From: Phycisphaeraceae bacterium
GTDB taxonomy: Bacteria > Planctomycetota > Phycisphaerae > Phycisphaerales > Phycisphaeraceae
Direction: 5' to 3'
DNA: 64,000 bases
Assembly: GCA_041736565.1 (NCBI GenBank)
Contig: JBGSTK010000147.1
Span: 55,473-119,472, forward strand
Made by a program: the position numbers and the translations under genes. Below the pieces are notes generated by a model. It searched no databases. It saw nothing but the letters and a program-made list of their open reading frames with translations, and had not been told where the DNA came from. Shown here in pieces: positions 24,854-34,541 of this stretch; positions within the stretch are counted from its first letter, which is position 1, and each line of letters opens with the position of its first letter.

Positions 24854-27346
24854 CTAGCCCGGGAGGATCGAATAGTTGGGCGGACTTTCACCCATATTGA
24901 AATAGTAGATTGCACCGATGGTCATCCACACCAGCCCGGCGAAAAGCTCACCGGCGATGATGCCGACCATCACCGGTTTGATGCCGTTGAATCCCTTGGC
25001 ACCGGTCAACCGCACAACTGCGGCCTTGATGGCCCAGCCGACGAGGAATGACGCCGCGAATTGGGCAGCCGGGTAGGAGCCCCAGAATACGAAAATCACC
25101 GGGTGCAGTGGCCACCAGGGCAGTCGCAGCCGGGCCACGGTGAATACAAAGACCAGCCCGACTCCCAATGCAAACCAAGGCCATAGTTCGGTAATCCGGA
25201 TCTGTCCCAGCCGATCCAGCCCCGACACCTGGCTGGCGCTTTCCAGGGTGCCCGCCGACGCCATCTGCCCCAATTGCTTGGACAAGGTGTCAAACGGCAT
25301 GGTCGAAACGCTGTTGGACATCCACAGGTCCTGAATATTCATGCCGTAGCGGTACTGCAATGACAGTCCCACAAAAATCGTCGTCGCCAGACCCACCAGC
25401 ACCATGATGCCAATGAGCGGTGCGATCCGTTGCGGTGCGGCGTTGCCCGTGCGTTCGCCGATCTGGAGTCCATTGACCAGGAAGGGCATGATCGCTTCGC
25501 GCGGGTCGATGACGAGCATGACACTGGCAATCGCCATGATGACAAAGGCTGTTGGACCGATGGCCTCGATGCCAATGAACCCCGCGATCATCGCCATGGG
25601 CATCCACCCGGCCTGCACAAAGAAGACACCTGTCTCAGCATTGACGCGGGCGATGACGGTGAAGATAAGCAGCACGATCAGGATCAGCGGCACACCCAGC
25701 ATCCAATCCAGACCCTGGGCCGCCAGCAGCGCCACAGCCCCGACAAACGCCAGCAGCGCCAGTCGACTGCCCCAGACGGAGTACCCGGGGGTTTCGAGCC
25801 GCTTGGGCAGACCCACGGTGGCTTTTATCACGTCCCAGTAATGGCGTCTCCCGGTATAGAGAATCACCATCCCGATACCCACCCAACCACCGAAAAACAG
25901 GAAGTTCTGGTTCTCGGCTCCCGACCAGTCATGCCGCAACGCCACACCGTTGGCCACGAGAAGGGATCCGAAAAACACCCAGATAAACAACGATAAGCCC
26001 AGCGACAGCGAAACTTCCGTCGTCAGGAAGAACGCGAACGCCACCACACTCAGATATATCCTGGGCGAAAAGAGGCCCCAGTTCGAGCTGACTTTGGCAG
26101 CATTGGGGAAAATAGTTCGCAGCGGGCCGAAGTCAAAGGACAGCGGGATTGACAGGAAGAAGCTGGGGTACCAGGCCTTGAGGCCGTTAACCAGGTGAAG
26201 GACCGACACCGCCAGTACGCCGTACCAGAACAGGCGGTTTCTCGCGATATCGGGCAGCCAGTGACCCTTGGTTCGCTGGGCCGACTCCTCGACGAAACGG
26301 GCGATTGGGTACGCCAGCAGTTCGCGACGGGACCATTGTGGATGGACCACCATCACGATACCCAGCGATGCCAGGCCGATGCACGCGGCAATACCTCCCC
26401 ACAAAACGATGGCCGGTGCCCATGCACCCCAAGGCACCTGCATGGGCGGCAACTGCTGCAACCACGTGACGCCCTCGCCCTTAGGCGGGCTTACGCCACC
26501 TTGCATCAGAGGATCAACCACTGCCGTGTCGCCCCGACCACCCAGCAGCAGCACACCATCGCCCTGGGGTTGAGGCAAGATGAACTCGGGAAGTGCCGCA
26601 ACCATCGCAGCCCGGTTGATGCGATGGATGTCATCAGTCGTCAACCGCCGATCGGTTGTCGTCGCCAAATCAGCCTCGGGCTGCCGCAACGTCAGGCCAG
26701 CAAACTCCGGGCGGGGTGAACCGACGCCACGAGCCGGATCGATTTCGAGATAGAGATCGGGACGATTGAGTACCTCGTTAAGGCTGTTGACGATGGTGCG
26801 ATGATGGTCCAGAGGCACATGCCCGGCAGTGACGTTCTGTCGCAATGACCGCTGGGTTTCCAGCGGGAGCACCGACCAGACTCGCCCCGCCAGAGTCGGC
26901 TGGCCAAAGCCCTCGCCCGCCTTGACCAGCGTCGTGGCCAAGCCGTTCCAATTCCGCACGTGGCCCTCGCCCAGCAGTGCCGATCCGCCCGGAAGATAGG
27001 AAAGGACGTTGGCCGCCTGCCAGTTGGCCTTGGTCTTGATGTGGTGGGCCGGCATGGCGAGGTTGCCGGTGAAGTATCGGTAGTAGCCCGACCCCGGCCA
27101 GCCGCAGACCGCCAAACCCAGAGCCGCGATAATCGCCAACTCCGAGGCCTTGAGTGCCAGCCGCGAACTGATCATCGCCAGCAGGGGGTTGAGGACGATC
27201 ATCAACAACACCAGCACGCCGAAAATACCAATGGGCAACAGGTTGCCCACCAGCATCGTCTGACGGATGATCTGGTCGTTGAAATACGTCGCGCTTGCGA
27301 CGAAAAGCCCCAGAAGCACACCGATGATAACCGCGCGAATTGTCAC
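24854..27346 (-). CDS. Large polytopic membrane protein of unknown family
   Basis: More than 14 hydrophobic segments interrupted by a soluble loop of about 200 aa. I prefer the GTG at 27346 (VTIRAVIIGVLLGLFVASATYFND). The ORF could extend to 27508, but that extension is Arg-rich and looks non-coding. Confidence 0.7.
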   Translation of the reverse strand: MTIRAVIIGVLLGLFVASATYFNDQIIRQTMLVGNLLPIGIFGVLVLLMIVLNPLLAMISSRLALKASELAIIAALGLAVCGWPGSGYYRYFTGNLAMPAHHIKTKANWQAANVLSYLPGGSALLGEGHVRNWNGLATTLVKAGEGFGQPTLAGRVWSVLPLETQRSLRQNVTAGHVPLDHHRTIVNSLNEVLNRPDLYLEIDPARGVGSPRPEFAGLTLRQPEADLATTTDRRLTTDDIHRINRAAMVAALPEFILPQPQGDGVLLLGGRGDTAVVDPLMQGGVSPPKGEGVTWLQQLPPMQVPWGAWAPAIVLWGGIAACIGLASLGIVMVVHPQWSRRELLAYPIARFVEESAQRTKGHWLPDIARNRLFWYGVLAVSVLHLVNGLKAWYPSFFLSIPLSFDFGPLRTIFPNAAKVSSNWGLFSPRIYLSVVAFAFFLTTEVSLSLGLSLFIWVFFGSLLVANGVALRHDWSGAENQNFLFFGGWVGIGMVILYTGRRHYWDVIKATVGLPKRLETPGYSVWGSRLALLAFVGAVALLAAQGLDWMLGVPLILIVLLIFTVIARVNAETGVFFVQAGWMPMAMIAGFIGIEAIGPTAFVIMAIASVMLVIDPREAIMPFLVNGLQIGERTGNAAPQRIAPLIGIMVLVGLATTIFVGLSLQYRYGMNIQDLWMSNSVSTMPFDTLSKQLGQMASAGTLESASQVSGLDRLGQIRITELWPWFALGVGLVFVFTVARLRLPWWPLHPVIFVFWGSYPAAQFAASFLVGWAIKAAVVRLTGAKGFNGIKPVMVGIIAGELFAGLVWMTIGAIYYFNMGESPPNYSILPG

Positions 27347-27634
27347 GTCGTTTTCAGCCTCGGGGCGGGGTTGGTGGGGCCACGATAACGATGCGTGGCG
27401 CGACAGCCTAACGGGGGCGACACACGATAACCGATCATCGCGTCTTTTGGAAATCTGACACCGGCGGATCTCCCCCACGGATCGCTGGTGGCCCGCTAGT
27501 CGCCCCACGCCCCCGCCATCGCCTTGCCAATCTAACCCTCTCGATTTGCCCAGCCGTTAATCCGGGCTAAGCTAAAGGGCGCACTCCTGCGTCGTCCATG
27601 CAGGGGGGAAACGAACTTTCACACGGAGATTCCC

Positions 27635-29452
27635 ATGAACAGACTTCCCAAACCTTGGTTTCGAGCCTGCCTGCTGGCGCTTTGTCTCATCGCCTCGCCC
27701 CTGCTGACGACGATTTCCCGCGCTGACGAAGCAGCCTTGAAAAATGCGTTGGACCAGGTGGCCTCCGATGCCCCCATCGCTGTCATCGTGCCCAACCTCA
27801 AAGCCTTCAGCCAGCGCATGGCGACGCTCAGCAAACAACTCGGCCTGCCCAATCCGGACTTGGCCGATCTGGCGGGCTCCATGCAGCGAAAGACGGGGCT
27901 CGAAGGGGCGCTCCGCGAAGACGGCCCCATGCTCATCGTGATCACCGCCCTTCCCGCCGAGCGCGCCCAGGGCGCACCGCGCGAGTCCGGCGAAGCCAAC
28001 GTCGTCATGATCATGCCCGTGACCGACTACAGCAAGGTCACCGCCAGCCTCCGCGGTGCCAGCACGCGTGAGGGCGTAACCGAGGGCGTAACCACCGAAG
28101 GTGAAACCGTCTACGTCAAGCAATTGGGCAACTTCGCCGTGACAGGCCCCGTCCGCGCTACCGTGGCCGGCTATCAGGCTGGCGGCGCGGGCGCCAACTG
28201 GCTTACGGCTTCGGGCAAACTCGGGGGCCAGTACCTCGACAAGAGCCAGGCAGCCGTCTTCTTCAACATGCCCGTCATGCGCCAGCGCCTTCTCAGCGGG
28301 ATCGACAAGGGCATGGCCCAGATGGAAAAACAGATGGGCAGCGCCCCCGCCAACACCGCCGACCAAGCCGCCATGGCCAAGGTCATGATGGCCGCCTACG
28401 CCGATGTGGCCAAGAACTTCGTGCGCGATGCGGAGATGGCCGTCGTCACCCTCGACGCCAGCGAGATGGGCGTGGCGCTGACCGGTGCCGCCCAGTTCAC
28501 CGCCGGGAGCAAACTGGCGGGCTACACCGCCAAGAGCTCCGCAGCAGCGCCCCTATTTAACCAACTGCCCAACCGACCTTACATCATGGCATGGTCCGCC
28601 AACGCCGATGGTCTGGACCTCAAAGCCCTGGTCACCGATGTCGTCAAAGACCTGCCCGACAACGCTGGCCCCATGGTCGCCCTGATCAAGAGCAAGCTCC
28701 CGCTGTTGTCGGATGTCACCAGCTACGCCCAGGCGATCTATGTCCCAGCCAATGTCCAGCCCATGGCGGGCGGCGGATTGATCCAAGCCGCCAGCGTCAT
28801 CACCACACGTGACCCAGCAGCATTCAAAGTCGCCGTTCAAGACTACCTCGCCGCCATGGGCACCATGAGCCAGCCCGGCGGCGTGACCATCAAGAGCACC
28901 TACACCAAGGACGCCATGCAGATTAACGGCGTCAACGTGGACCGCTACGCCGTCGACTACCAGATGCCGCCCGAAGCCATGCGTGGCAACCCCATGGCAC
29001 CGATGATGGCGATGATGGGCCTTAACGCTCAACAGGGCTTCATCGCGCAACAGGGCGACAAACTGGTCATGACCAGTGTGTCGGATGTCGAGCTGATGAA
29101 GGCAGCCTTGGAAGCAGCCAAGAGCGACAAGGGCCTGGGGCAGGACAAACTCATCGGCCAGGTCCGCACCGAGGCACTACCCAAGGATGCCGCGGCCGAG
29201 GCTTATCTGAACATGGCGGGCGTGGCGCAGATGGCCAACATGTTCGGCATGATGTTCGGTATGCCGCCGATCAATGCACCGGCCAACCTCCCGCCCGTCG
29301 CCTGGGGCATGTCCGGCCAGGACAACGGCGCTGCCCTGCGAATGTACGTACCCGTCGCGGTGATGACCTTCGTCCGCGACACCGCCATGCAATTCCAGCA
29401 GCCCCGCCCCGGCATGCAGCCCGGCACCGCCCCCCCGCCGGATTTCAACTGA
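27635..29452 (+). CDS. Secreted protein with Met-rich C-terminal motifs, function unknown
   Basis: Signal peptide MNRLPKPWFRACLLALCLIASPLLTTISRADE. C-terminal MAPMMAMMGLN and MANMFGMMFGMPP. Divergent from the ABC/FtsX cluster. Confidence 0.75.
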   Translation: MNRLPKPWFRACLLALCLIASPLLTTISRADEAALKNALDQVASDAPIAVIVPNLKAFSQRMATLSKQLGLPNPDLADLAGSMQRKTGLEGALREDGPMLIVITALPAERAQGAPRESGEANVVMIMPVTDYSKVTASLRGASTREGVTEGVTTEGETVYVKQLGNFAVTGPVRATVAGYQAGGAGANWLTASGKLGGQYLDKSQAAVFFNMPVMRQRLLSGIDKGMAQMEKQMGSAPANTADQAAMAKVMMAAYADVAKNFVRDAEMAVVTLDASEMGVALTGAAQFTAGSKLAGYTAKSSAAAPLFNQLPNRPYIMAWSANADGLDLKALVTDVVKDLPDNAGPMVALIKSKLPLLSDVTSYAQAIYVPANVQPMAGGGLIQAASVITTRDPAAFKVAVQDYLAAMGTMSQPGGVTIKSTYTKDAMQINGVNVDRYAVDYQMPPEAMRGNPMAPMMAMMGLNAQQGFIAQQGDKLVMTSVSDVELMKAALEAAKSDKGLGQDKLIGQVRTEALPKDAAAEAYLNMAGVAQMANMFGMMFGMPPINAPANLPPVAWGMSGQDNGAALRMYVPVAVMTFVRDTAMQFQQPRPGMQPGTAPPPDFN

Positions 29453-29478
29453 TCTCCAACAACATCGCGACCAATCTC

Positions 29479-29513
29479 AAGGCCCCGTGCAAATGCGCGG
29501 GGCCTTTTCTTTC
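29479..29513 (+). terminator. Rho-independent terminator
   Basis: 9-bp stem aaggccccg/cggggcctt with a 10-nt loop, followed by ttctttc. Lies 27 nt after the stop at 29452. Confidence 0.6.
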
Positions 29514-29519
29514 GCGGCA

Positions 29520-29576
29520 CGTTCGTAGTGTGCCCGTAAAGGCATCATGAAAGTAACGTCTCACGGCGTTACTACG
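29520..29576 (-). repeat. Structured REP-like element with two inner hairpins, inverted copy of 45725-45794
   Basis: The reverse complement reads gtagtaacgccgtgagacgtt...catgatgcctttacgggcacactacgaacg. The other copy reads gtagtgacgccgtaaggcgtt...gatcatgccctaacgggcacactacaaacg. Confidence 0.6.
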
Positions 29577-29599
29577 CCAAGCATGCGTTTGCGCTGCGT

Positions 29600-30928
29600 C
29601 TACCCCGGCCGCCTGGTTTGACGGCTTAGCCATGGCAGGATCGCCATGCCTGGGGCCGCTGCCAGGACGCTCAGCAGGAAGAAGGTGACGTAGCCTAACT
29701 CCGCCACCATGAAACCGGTGAAGCCGCCGACCAGGAGCCCGGCCCCGTACATCAGCGAGGTGAACAAAGCGTATTGAGTCGCGCTGTAGCGACGATTACA
29801 CAGGCTCATGAGATACGCGATGAAGCCCGCCGCTACCAGGCCCGCACAGAAGCTCTCGACAACAACCACCGCAGCCAGGAGTGGCACGCTCGGCTTGTTC
29901 ATGGCCAGGATCAGAAAGCCCAGATTCGACAGCGCTTGGAGGGCACCGAAAAGCCACAGTGAAGGAACCAGGCCGATGCGGGCAGTGATGCCGCCGCCGC
30001 AGATGGCGCCGAGCATGATCAAGGCCAGTCCCATCCAGTCGCGCACCAGGGCGATGGTCTGTTTATCGAACAGCAGTTCTTTCTGGAGCAGGGGCATGGT
30101 CATGGCGTTGGCCATGGCGTCGGGGAGTTTGAAGAGCACGATGAAGAGGAGAATGGCTAACGTGGCCATGCGATGTCGATTAAAGAGATCCTGCAGGGGT
30201 TCGACGATGGCGGAATGCAGCGTGGCGGGATGTTGTTGATCGCGTGGCGGATCGGGTGCCAGCAGCGTGGCGATGATGCCGACGCACATGAGCCCGGCAA
30301 GGATGAAATAGACTTCGCGCCAGGACATGTATCCCGAGAGCATCAGCGCCCCGCCACCCGCCGCGAGCATGGCGATTCGGTAGCCGTTGACAAAGACGGC
30401 CGCACCAGCCCCCAACTCCGCATCGGGCAGGATATCCGTGCGGTAGGCGTCGGCGACGACATCCTGAGTCGCCGCCAGGAACGCCACCAACACCGCCACG
30501 ATGACAAAAGCGTGAAGCGCTTGGCCCGGCGCCGTCGGCCCCGCCAGACCCATCCCGGCGATGGCGACCACGAGAGCCAATTGAATCAGCAGCAGCCAAC
30601 CTCTTCGTCGGCCCATGAACGGCGGGACGTAGCGATCCAGCAGCGGCGCCCAGACGAAGTTGAAAGCAAAGGGCAAACTCACCAGCGTCACGAGACCGAT
30701 GTCCTTAACGTTGTATTTAAGGTCGCCCAGCCAGGCTTGCGGTGTCGAACCCAGCAGTTTGTAGGCTGAGGGCAGACCCGCGGCGAAACCCAGACCCAGC
30801 AGTGCCGCCATGCGACGGTTGAGGTAGAGCGACTGAACGCCTCGCTTCGTCACACGGGCGTCGGCCGCGCTGGGGTCCGTCGCGCTGGCATCGGTCGCGC
30901 GGGGTTCTGTCGCAGGGGTGTCCGCCAT
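29600..30928 (-). CDS. ampG: AmpG-family muropeptide MFS permease
   Basis: From the ATG at 30928: ...LYLNRRMAALLGLGFAAGLPSAYKLLGSTPQAWL...LPFAFNFVWAPLLDRYVPPFMGRRRGWLLL is the typical AmpG N-terminus. The 152-codon upstream extension in the track overlaps anmK and looks like a shadow. Confidence 0.8.
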   Translation of the reverse strand: MADTPATEPRATDASATDPSAADARVTKRGVQSLYLNRRMAALLGLGFAAGLPSAYKLLGSTPQAWLGDLKYNVKDIGLVTLVSLPFAFNFVWAPLLDRYVPPFMGRRRGWLLLIQLALVVAIAGMGLAGPTAPGQALHAFVIVAVLVAFLAATQDVVADAYRTDILPDAELGAGAAVFVNGYRIAMLAAGGGALMLSGYMSWREVYFILAGLMCVGIIATLLAPDPPRDQQHPATLHSAIVEPLQDLFNRHRMATLAILLFIVLFKLPDAMANAMTMPLLQKELLFDKQTIALVRDWMGLALIMLGAICGGGITARIGLVPSLWLFGALQALSNLGFLILAMNKPSVPLLAAVVVVESFCAGLVAAGFIAYLMSLCNRRYSATQYALFTSLMYGAGLLVGGFTGFMVAELGYVTFFLLSVLAAAPGMAILPWLSRQTRRPG

Positions 30929-30947
30929 GGGTATGCTTATCGGTCGA

Positions 30948-32135
30948 ATGAACACCACACGAACAAGATGGGTTGTCGGCTGCATGACGGGCACGAGCCT
31001 TGATGGCCTTGATGCGGCCTTGGTGGCAATCGAGGGCAGCGGACTGAGCATGACCGCTCGCGCGGTGGAGATGGTTTCGATGCCTCTGGGCGCGCTGCGC
31101 GAATCTTTGGCGAAGTTGGCGCGGGGCGAACCGGCTGAGCCATTGGTGTACATGCGGGCGGCACGCGCGCTGGGCCAGTTGCACGCGCTGGCCATCGAGC
31201 AGTTGATCAAGCAGGCGGTGGACCAAGGGCACCTGCACGATGCGCGGGCCATCGATTTCGTCGTAGCACACGGCCAGACCATTCGCCATGAGCCGCGAGA
31301 TGTGAGTGGCGATGCGGCGGTTGGCGACGCAGGGGGCCGGGGCGCCGGGGCGATGTCGTGGCAATTGATGGACCCCTGGCCCATCGTGCGAAACCTCGGC
31401 CTGCGCGTCTGCTACGACCTGCGGCAAGCGGACTTGATCGCTGGGGGACAGGGGGCGCCCATCACACCACTGGCCGACTGGGTGCTCTACCGTCATGGCC
31501 AGCGACGTCGCGCCATCGTCAACCTCGGGGGCATCTGCAACCTGACTCTGCTGCCAGCCGCGGATTCCGCCACGCCCGCTCAAATCACCGGCGGGGACAT
31601 CGGGCCATGCAACCTGCTGCTCGATGGACTCGTCGCCCGAGCCTTCCCCGGCCTGACCTACGACCAGGACGGCAAACTCGCGGTGCGTGGCGGATCGACC
31701 AGCCTCATCCACCGACTCCTCCGTCAGGCCCCGTACTTCTCACGCCCTCAACCACGCTCCACTGGACGCGAGGATTTCAACGACGCCTGGCTCGATGCGC
31801 TGCATCGCGATGCTGGCCTCCAACCCCACGACCTCATCGCCTCAGCTGTCGAAGCGGTGGCCCGGCTTGTCGCCGATGAGGTGACGGGGCGTTGTGATGA
31901 GGTGATCCTCGCGGGTGGCGGTGCGCGGAATCCGGTGCTGGTTCGCGCCATTGCCGACCATTGCCGAGGGAAGGCTGCGGTGACGCTTTCGGATGATGTG
32001 GGTATCGCTGCGACCGCTCGCGAGGCTGCGGGCTTCGCGGTGCTCGGCGCGTTGTCGCAGGATGGTGTGCCCATCACCTTGCCACAGATCACAGGCTCAA
32101 CGAACCCCGGTGTCGCGGGCGTCTGGGCTGGGTGA
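30948..32135 (+). CDS. anmK: Anhydro-N-acetylmuramic acid kinase
   Basis: VVGCMTGTSLDGLDAALV (the GxMSGTSxDGxD motif) and ILAGGGARNPVL. Divergent from ampG. Start is 30918 or 30948. Confidence 0.85.
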   Translation: MNTTRTRWVVGCMTGTSLDGLDAALVAIEGSGLSMTARAVEMVSMPLGALRESLAKLARGEPAEPLVYMRAARALGQLHALAIEQLIKQAVDQGHLHDARAIDFVVAHGQTIRHEPRDVSGDAAVGDAGGRGAGAMSWQLMDPWPIVRNLGLRVCYDLRQADLIAGGQGAPITPLADWVLYRHGQRRRAIVNLGGICNLTLLPAADSATPAQITGGDIGPCNLLLDGLVARAFPGLTYDQDGKLAVRGGSTSLIHRLLRQAPYFSRPQPRSTGREDFNDAWLDALHRDAGLQPHDLIASAVEAVARLVADEVTGRCDEVILAGGGARNPVLVRAIADHCRGKAAVTLSDDVGIAATAREAAGFAVLGALSQDGVPITLPQITGSTNPGVAGVWAG

Positions 32136-33161
32136 GTCCGGGGCTGGTGATGGCGATGTTGGCGGAGTCGCGGCTGGCGACGGCGATGTCGGCATGATCG
32201 GCTCGACTGAGATCAACAGCACCGTCTGGATGGTCCGATTGAAGCGCTTCATGCCGAGGATCATTTCACCCAGTCGCATGGGCGGCGGTGGCGGCTCCTC
32301 AGGCTCCTCCGCTACCCCCGGTGCAGCTTCATCGCCGACGCTGGTTGGGTCGGCTGGGTCATCGTTGGCGGCGTTGGCGTCTTGGGGCACTGCCGAAGCA
32401 TCGTCCGCGGATGGGTCCGAGGTCTGCGGGGGAGGAGGAGGTGGAGGAGGGTCAATTCCCACCACCAAAACCTGCCCCGGCGTCAGCGCCAGCCGCAACG
32501 TCAGGTCGTCATAACTTCGCCCATCCAGCGATTTTTTATGCGGTAAACGCGGCTCCAGCGACGGCTCGGGAAAAAAATGATGCGGCGTCAGCGTGATCGG
32601 AAGCCCGCTCCCCGATGCATCCGCCCCTGCCGCACCCACGGTCAGATGAAACTGCAGCCGCCCGCGACTGAGCCGCTGCGTCTCCACAACGTCCCTCGAC
32701 AATAGATCAAACACGATCGTCGTGTTCCGCAGCGGCGGCGCTACCTGCAGTGGAACCGTACCCGCGACCATCACGATGCGATCACGATGCACAGCCGGGG
32801 CATCAGGCAGCGCCGCGATAAACGCATCAAACTCGGGCCCCTCCAAAGTCCCTGCAAATAGGCCGTTTTCTTGCCAGAGGTCCACGCCCGCCGCCATCGG
32901 TGTCGCCACCGCCAGTAGATGCTGGCGCGAGGCGGTGAGATCGCCGACCATCGGCAAATCCAGCCGCACTAATCGCACCATGTACTTCGCCGTCGCCTTA
33001 ACCTGCGGATCGACCTCGGGCCCGATCGCCACGCCCGGCGCCATCTCGGCCCACGAAGGCAAATCGTCGCCCTGGCCAAGCCCCGGCCGATCACCACAGC
33101 CCGCCAGCGGGAGCAGCAACAGCGTCAGCAGCATCACGGCCAAAAGACGAACAGCCTGCAT
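32097..33161 (-). CDS. Lipoprotein with poly-Pro and acidic low-complexity regions
   Basis: The ATG at 33161 gives MQAVRLLAVMLLTLLLLPLAGC (lipobox LAGC). Contains a PPPPPPPP run. Confidence 0.65.
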   Translation of the reverse strand: MQAVRLLAVMLLTLLLLPLAGCGDRPGLGQGDDLPSWAEMAPGVAIGPEVDPQVKATAKYMVRLVRLDLPMVGDLTASRQHLLAVATPMAAGVDLWQENGLFAGTLEGPEFDAFIAALPDAPAVHRDRIVMVAGTVPLQVAPPLRNTTIVFDLLSRDVVETQRLSRGRLQFHLTVGAAGADASGSGLPITLTPHHFFPEPSLEPRLPHKKSLDGRSYDDLTLRLALTPGQVLVVGIDPPPPPPPPQTSDPSADDASAVPQDANAANDDPADPTSVGDEAAPGVAEEPEEPPPPPMRLGEMILGMKRFNRTIQTVLLISVEPIMPTSPSPAATPPTSPSPAPDSPSPDARDTGVR

Positions 33162-33169
33162 TACTTTGC

Positions 33170-34480
33170 TCACTTGCCAACAATCACATCCAACAACACA
33201 TCCAACCCGCGATCGATCTCCGCCTGCGTGATCGTCAGCGGCGGCGCCAGGCGCAGCACCACATCCTGCGTGGCGTTGATCATCAGCCCGCGTTCCAGGC
33301 ACTTGTTGACAATCTCGCTGCCAGTCTTAAACCACGCGCCCTTGGCCGTGGGATCAACGACGATTCCCAAGAACAGGCCCTTGCCTCGCACGCCGGTGAT
33401 CGTGGGATGATCCTTGGCAAACGTTTCGACACGCTGCGTGATGTGCTGTCCCAGTTTCGTCGCGTGTTGCAGCAGGTTGTCGCGCGCGATGATCTCGAAG
33501 ATTTTCGCAGCCACCGCCATCGCCAGGCAATTACCGCCCAACGTCGTGCCGTGTGCGACGATGCCCTGGTTGTGCTTGGCCTCGAAATACTTGGCGACCT
33601 CTCGCCGAGCGTTGACCACACCCACCGGCAGCCCGCCGCCTACACCTTTGGCCAGCGTCATGATGTCGGGGGTAATGTTCCAATGCTGGTGGGCAAAATA
33701 CTTACCCGTGCGACCACAGCCGGTCCAGACTTCATCGCAGATCAGTAGCATGTCGCGCTGATCGCAGAGTTTCCGCAGGCCGGGCAGATAGCTGTCGCCG
33801 GGCACGTTGATGCCGCCTTCGCCCTGGATCGGCTCGACCATGACCGCGATCGTGCGATCATCAACCGCCTTCTCCATCGCGGCAAGGTCGTTGAAGGGAA
33901 CATAGTCAAAGCCTTCGAGCAGCGGCTCGTAACCGTGTCGCACCTTGTCCTGACCCGTCGCCATCATCGAGCCGAAGAGGCGGCCGTGAAAGCTGTGATG
34001 GGTCGTGACGATTTTGTAGCGATAGCCGGCCTTGCCGGGTTTGGCCTTGCCGTAGAGTCGCGCGAGCTTGATGGCGGCTTCGTTGGCATCAGAACCACAG
34101 TGGCAGAAGAACGACTGGCCGTCGAACCCGGCTTGCGCCAGGAGTTGGGCGAAGCGTGTCTGCGGCTCGGTGTGCAGCAGGTTGCCGACGTGCCAGAGCG
34201 TCTGGGCCTGCTGCGTGACAGCCGCCACGAGTTCGGGGTTGCAGTGGCCCAGAATCGCGCCGCCGAAACCCGCGAAAAGATCGAGGTATTCCCGACCCGC
34301 AGCATCCCAGAGCTTCACGCCCTGACCGCGCGTGACAGCGACGGGGAATCGGCCGTAGTTGCGAATCAGAAACGCATCATGGCGATCCATGATCGCCTGC
34401 GTGGCATCGGTGGTGGGTTGGTCGGTTGACTTAGCGGTGGTCATGGTGGTCATGGCAATGGCCCTAAAAGTAAACGCCAA
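33170..34480 (-). CDS. argD: Acetylornithine aminotransferase-type class III PLP aminotransferase
   Basis: NYGRFPVAVTRGQGVKLWDAAGREYLDLFAGFGGAILGHCNP and ICDEVWTGCGRTGKYFAHQHW...MTLAKGVGGGLPVG. The start may be one of several nearby Met codons. Confidence 0.85.
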   Translation of the reverse strand: MAFTFRAIAMTTMTTAKSTDQPTTDATQAIMDRHDAFLIRNYGRFPVAVTRGQGVKLWDAAGREYLDLFAGFGGAILGHCNPELVAAVTQQAQTLWHVGNLLHTEPQTRFAQLLAQAGFDGQSFFCHCGSDANEAAIKLARLYGKAKPGKAGYRYKIVTTHHSFHGRLFGSMMATGQDKVRHGYEPLLEGFDYVPFNDLAAMEKAVDDRTIAVMVEPIQGEGGINVPGDSYLPGLRKLCDQRDMLLICDEVWTGCGRTGKYFAHQHWNITPDIMTLAKGVGGGLPVGVVNARREVAKYFEAKHNQGIVAHGTTLGGNCLAMAVAAKIFEIIARDNLLQHATKLGQHITQRVETFAKDHPTITGVRGKGLFLGIVVDPTAKGAWFKTGSEIVNKCLERGLMINATQDVVLRLAPPLTITQAEIDRGLDVLLDVIVGK

Positions 34481-34541
34481 CAGACGAGTATATCGCGCCC
34501 CCGGGCATCGGCATCGCGTGGTGGACTACAATAGCCGCTCC

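Noticed and set aside
23495-25051. 518-aa plus-strand ORF
   Set aside because: It overlaps three tightly packed minus-strand genes (PqqD-like, the 284-aa unknown, and the end of the membrane protein). The translation is Arg/Pro/His-rich and does not look like protein.
30918-30948. ampG/anmK start-codon overlap as a regulatory feature
   Set aside because: The overlap disappears when the more plausible internal starts (30928 and 30948) are used, leaving an ordinary short divergent promoter region.
29600-31384. 594-aa version of the ampG ORF, and the 30717-31712 minus-strand ORF
   Set aside because: The upstream 152 codons overlap anmK on the opposite strand and are Ala/Arg/Pro-rich. AmpG homology starts at the internal ATG at 30928. 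The ORF at 30717-31712 is an antisense shadow of anmK.
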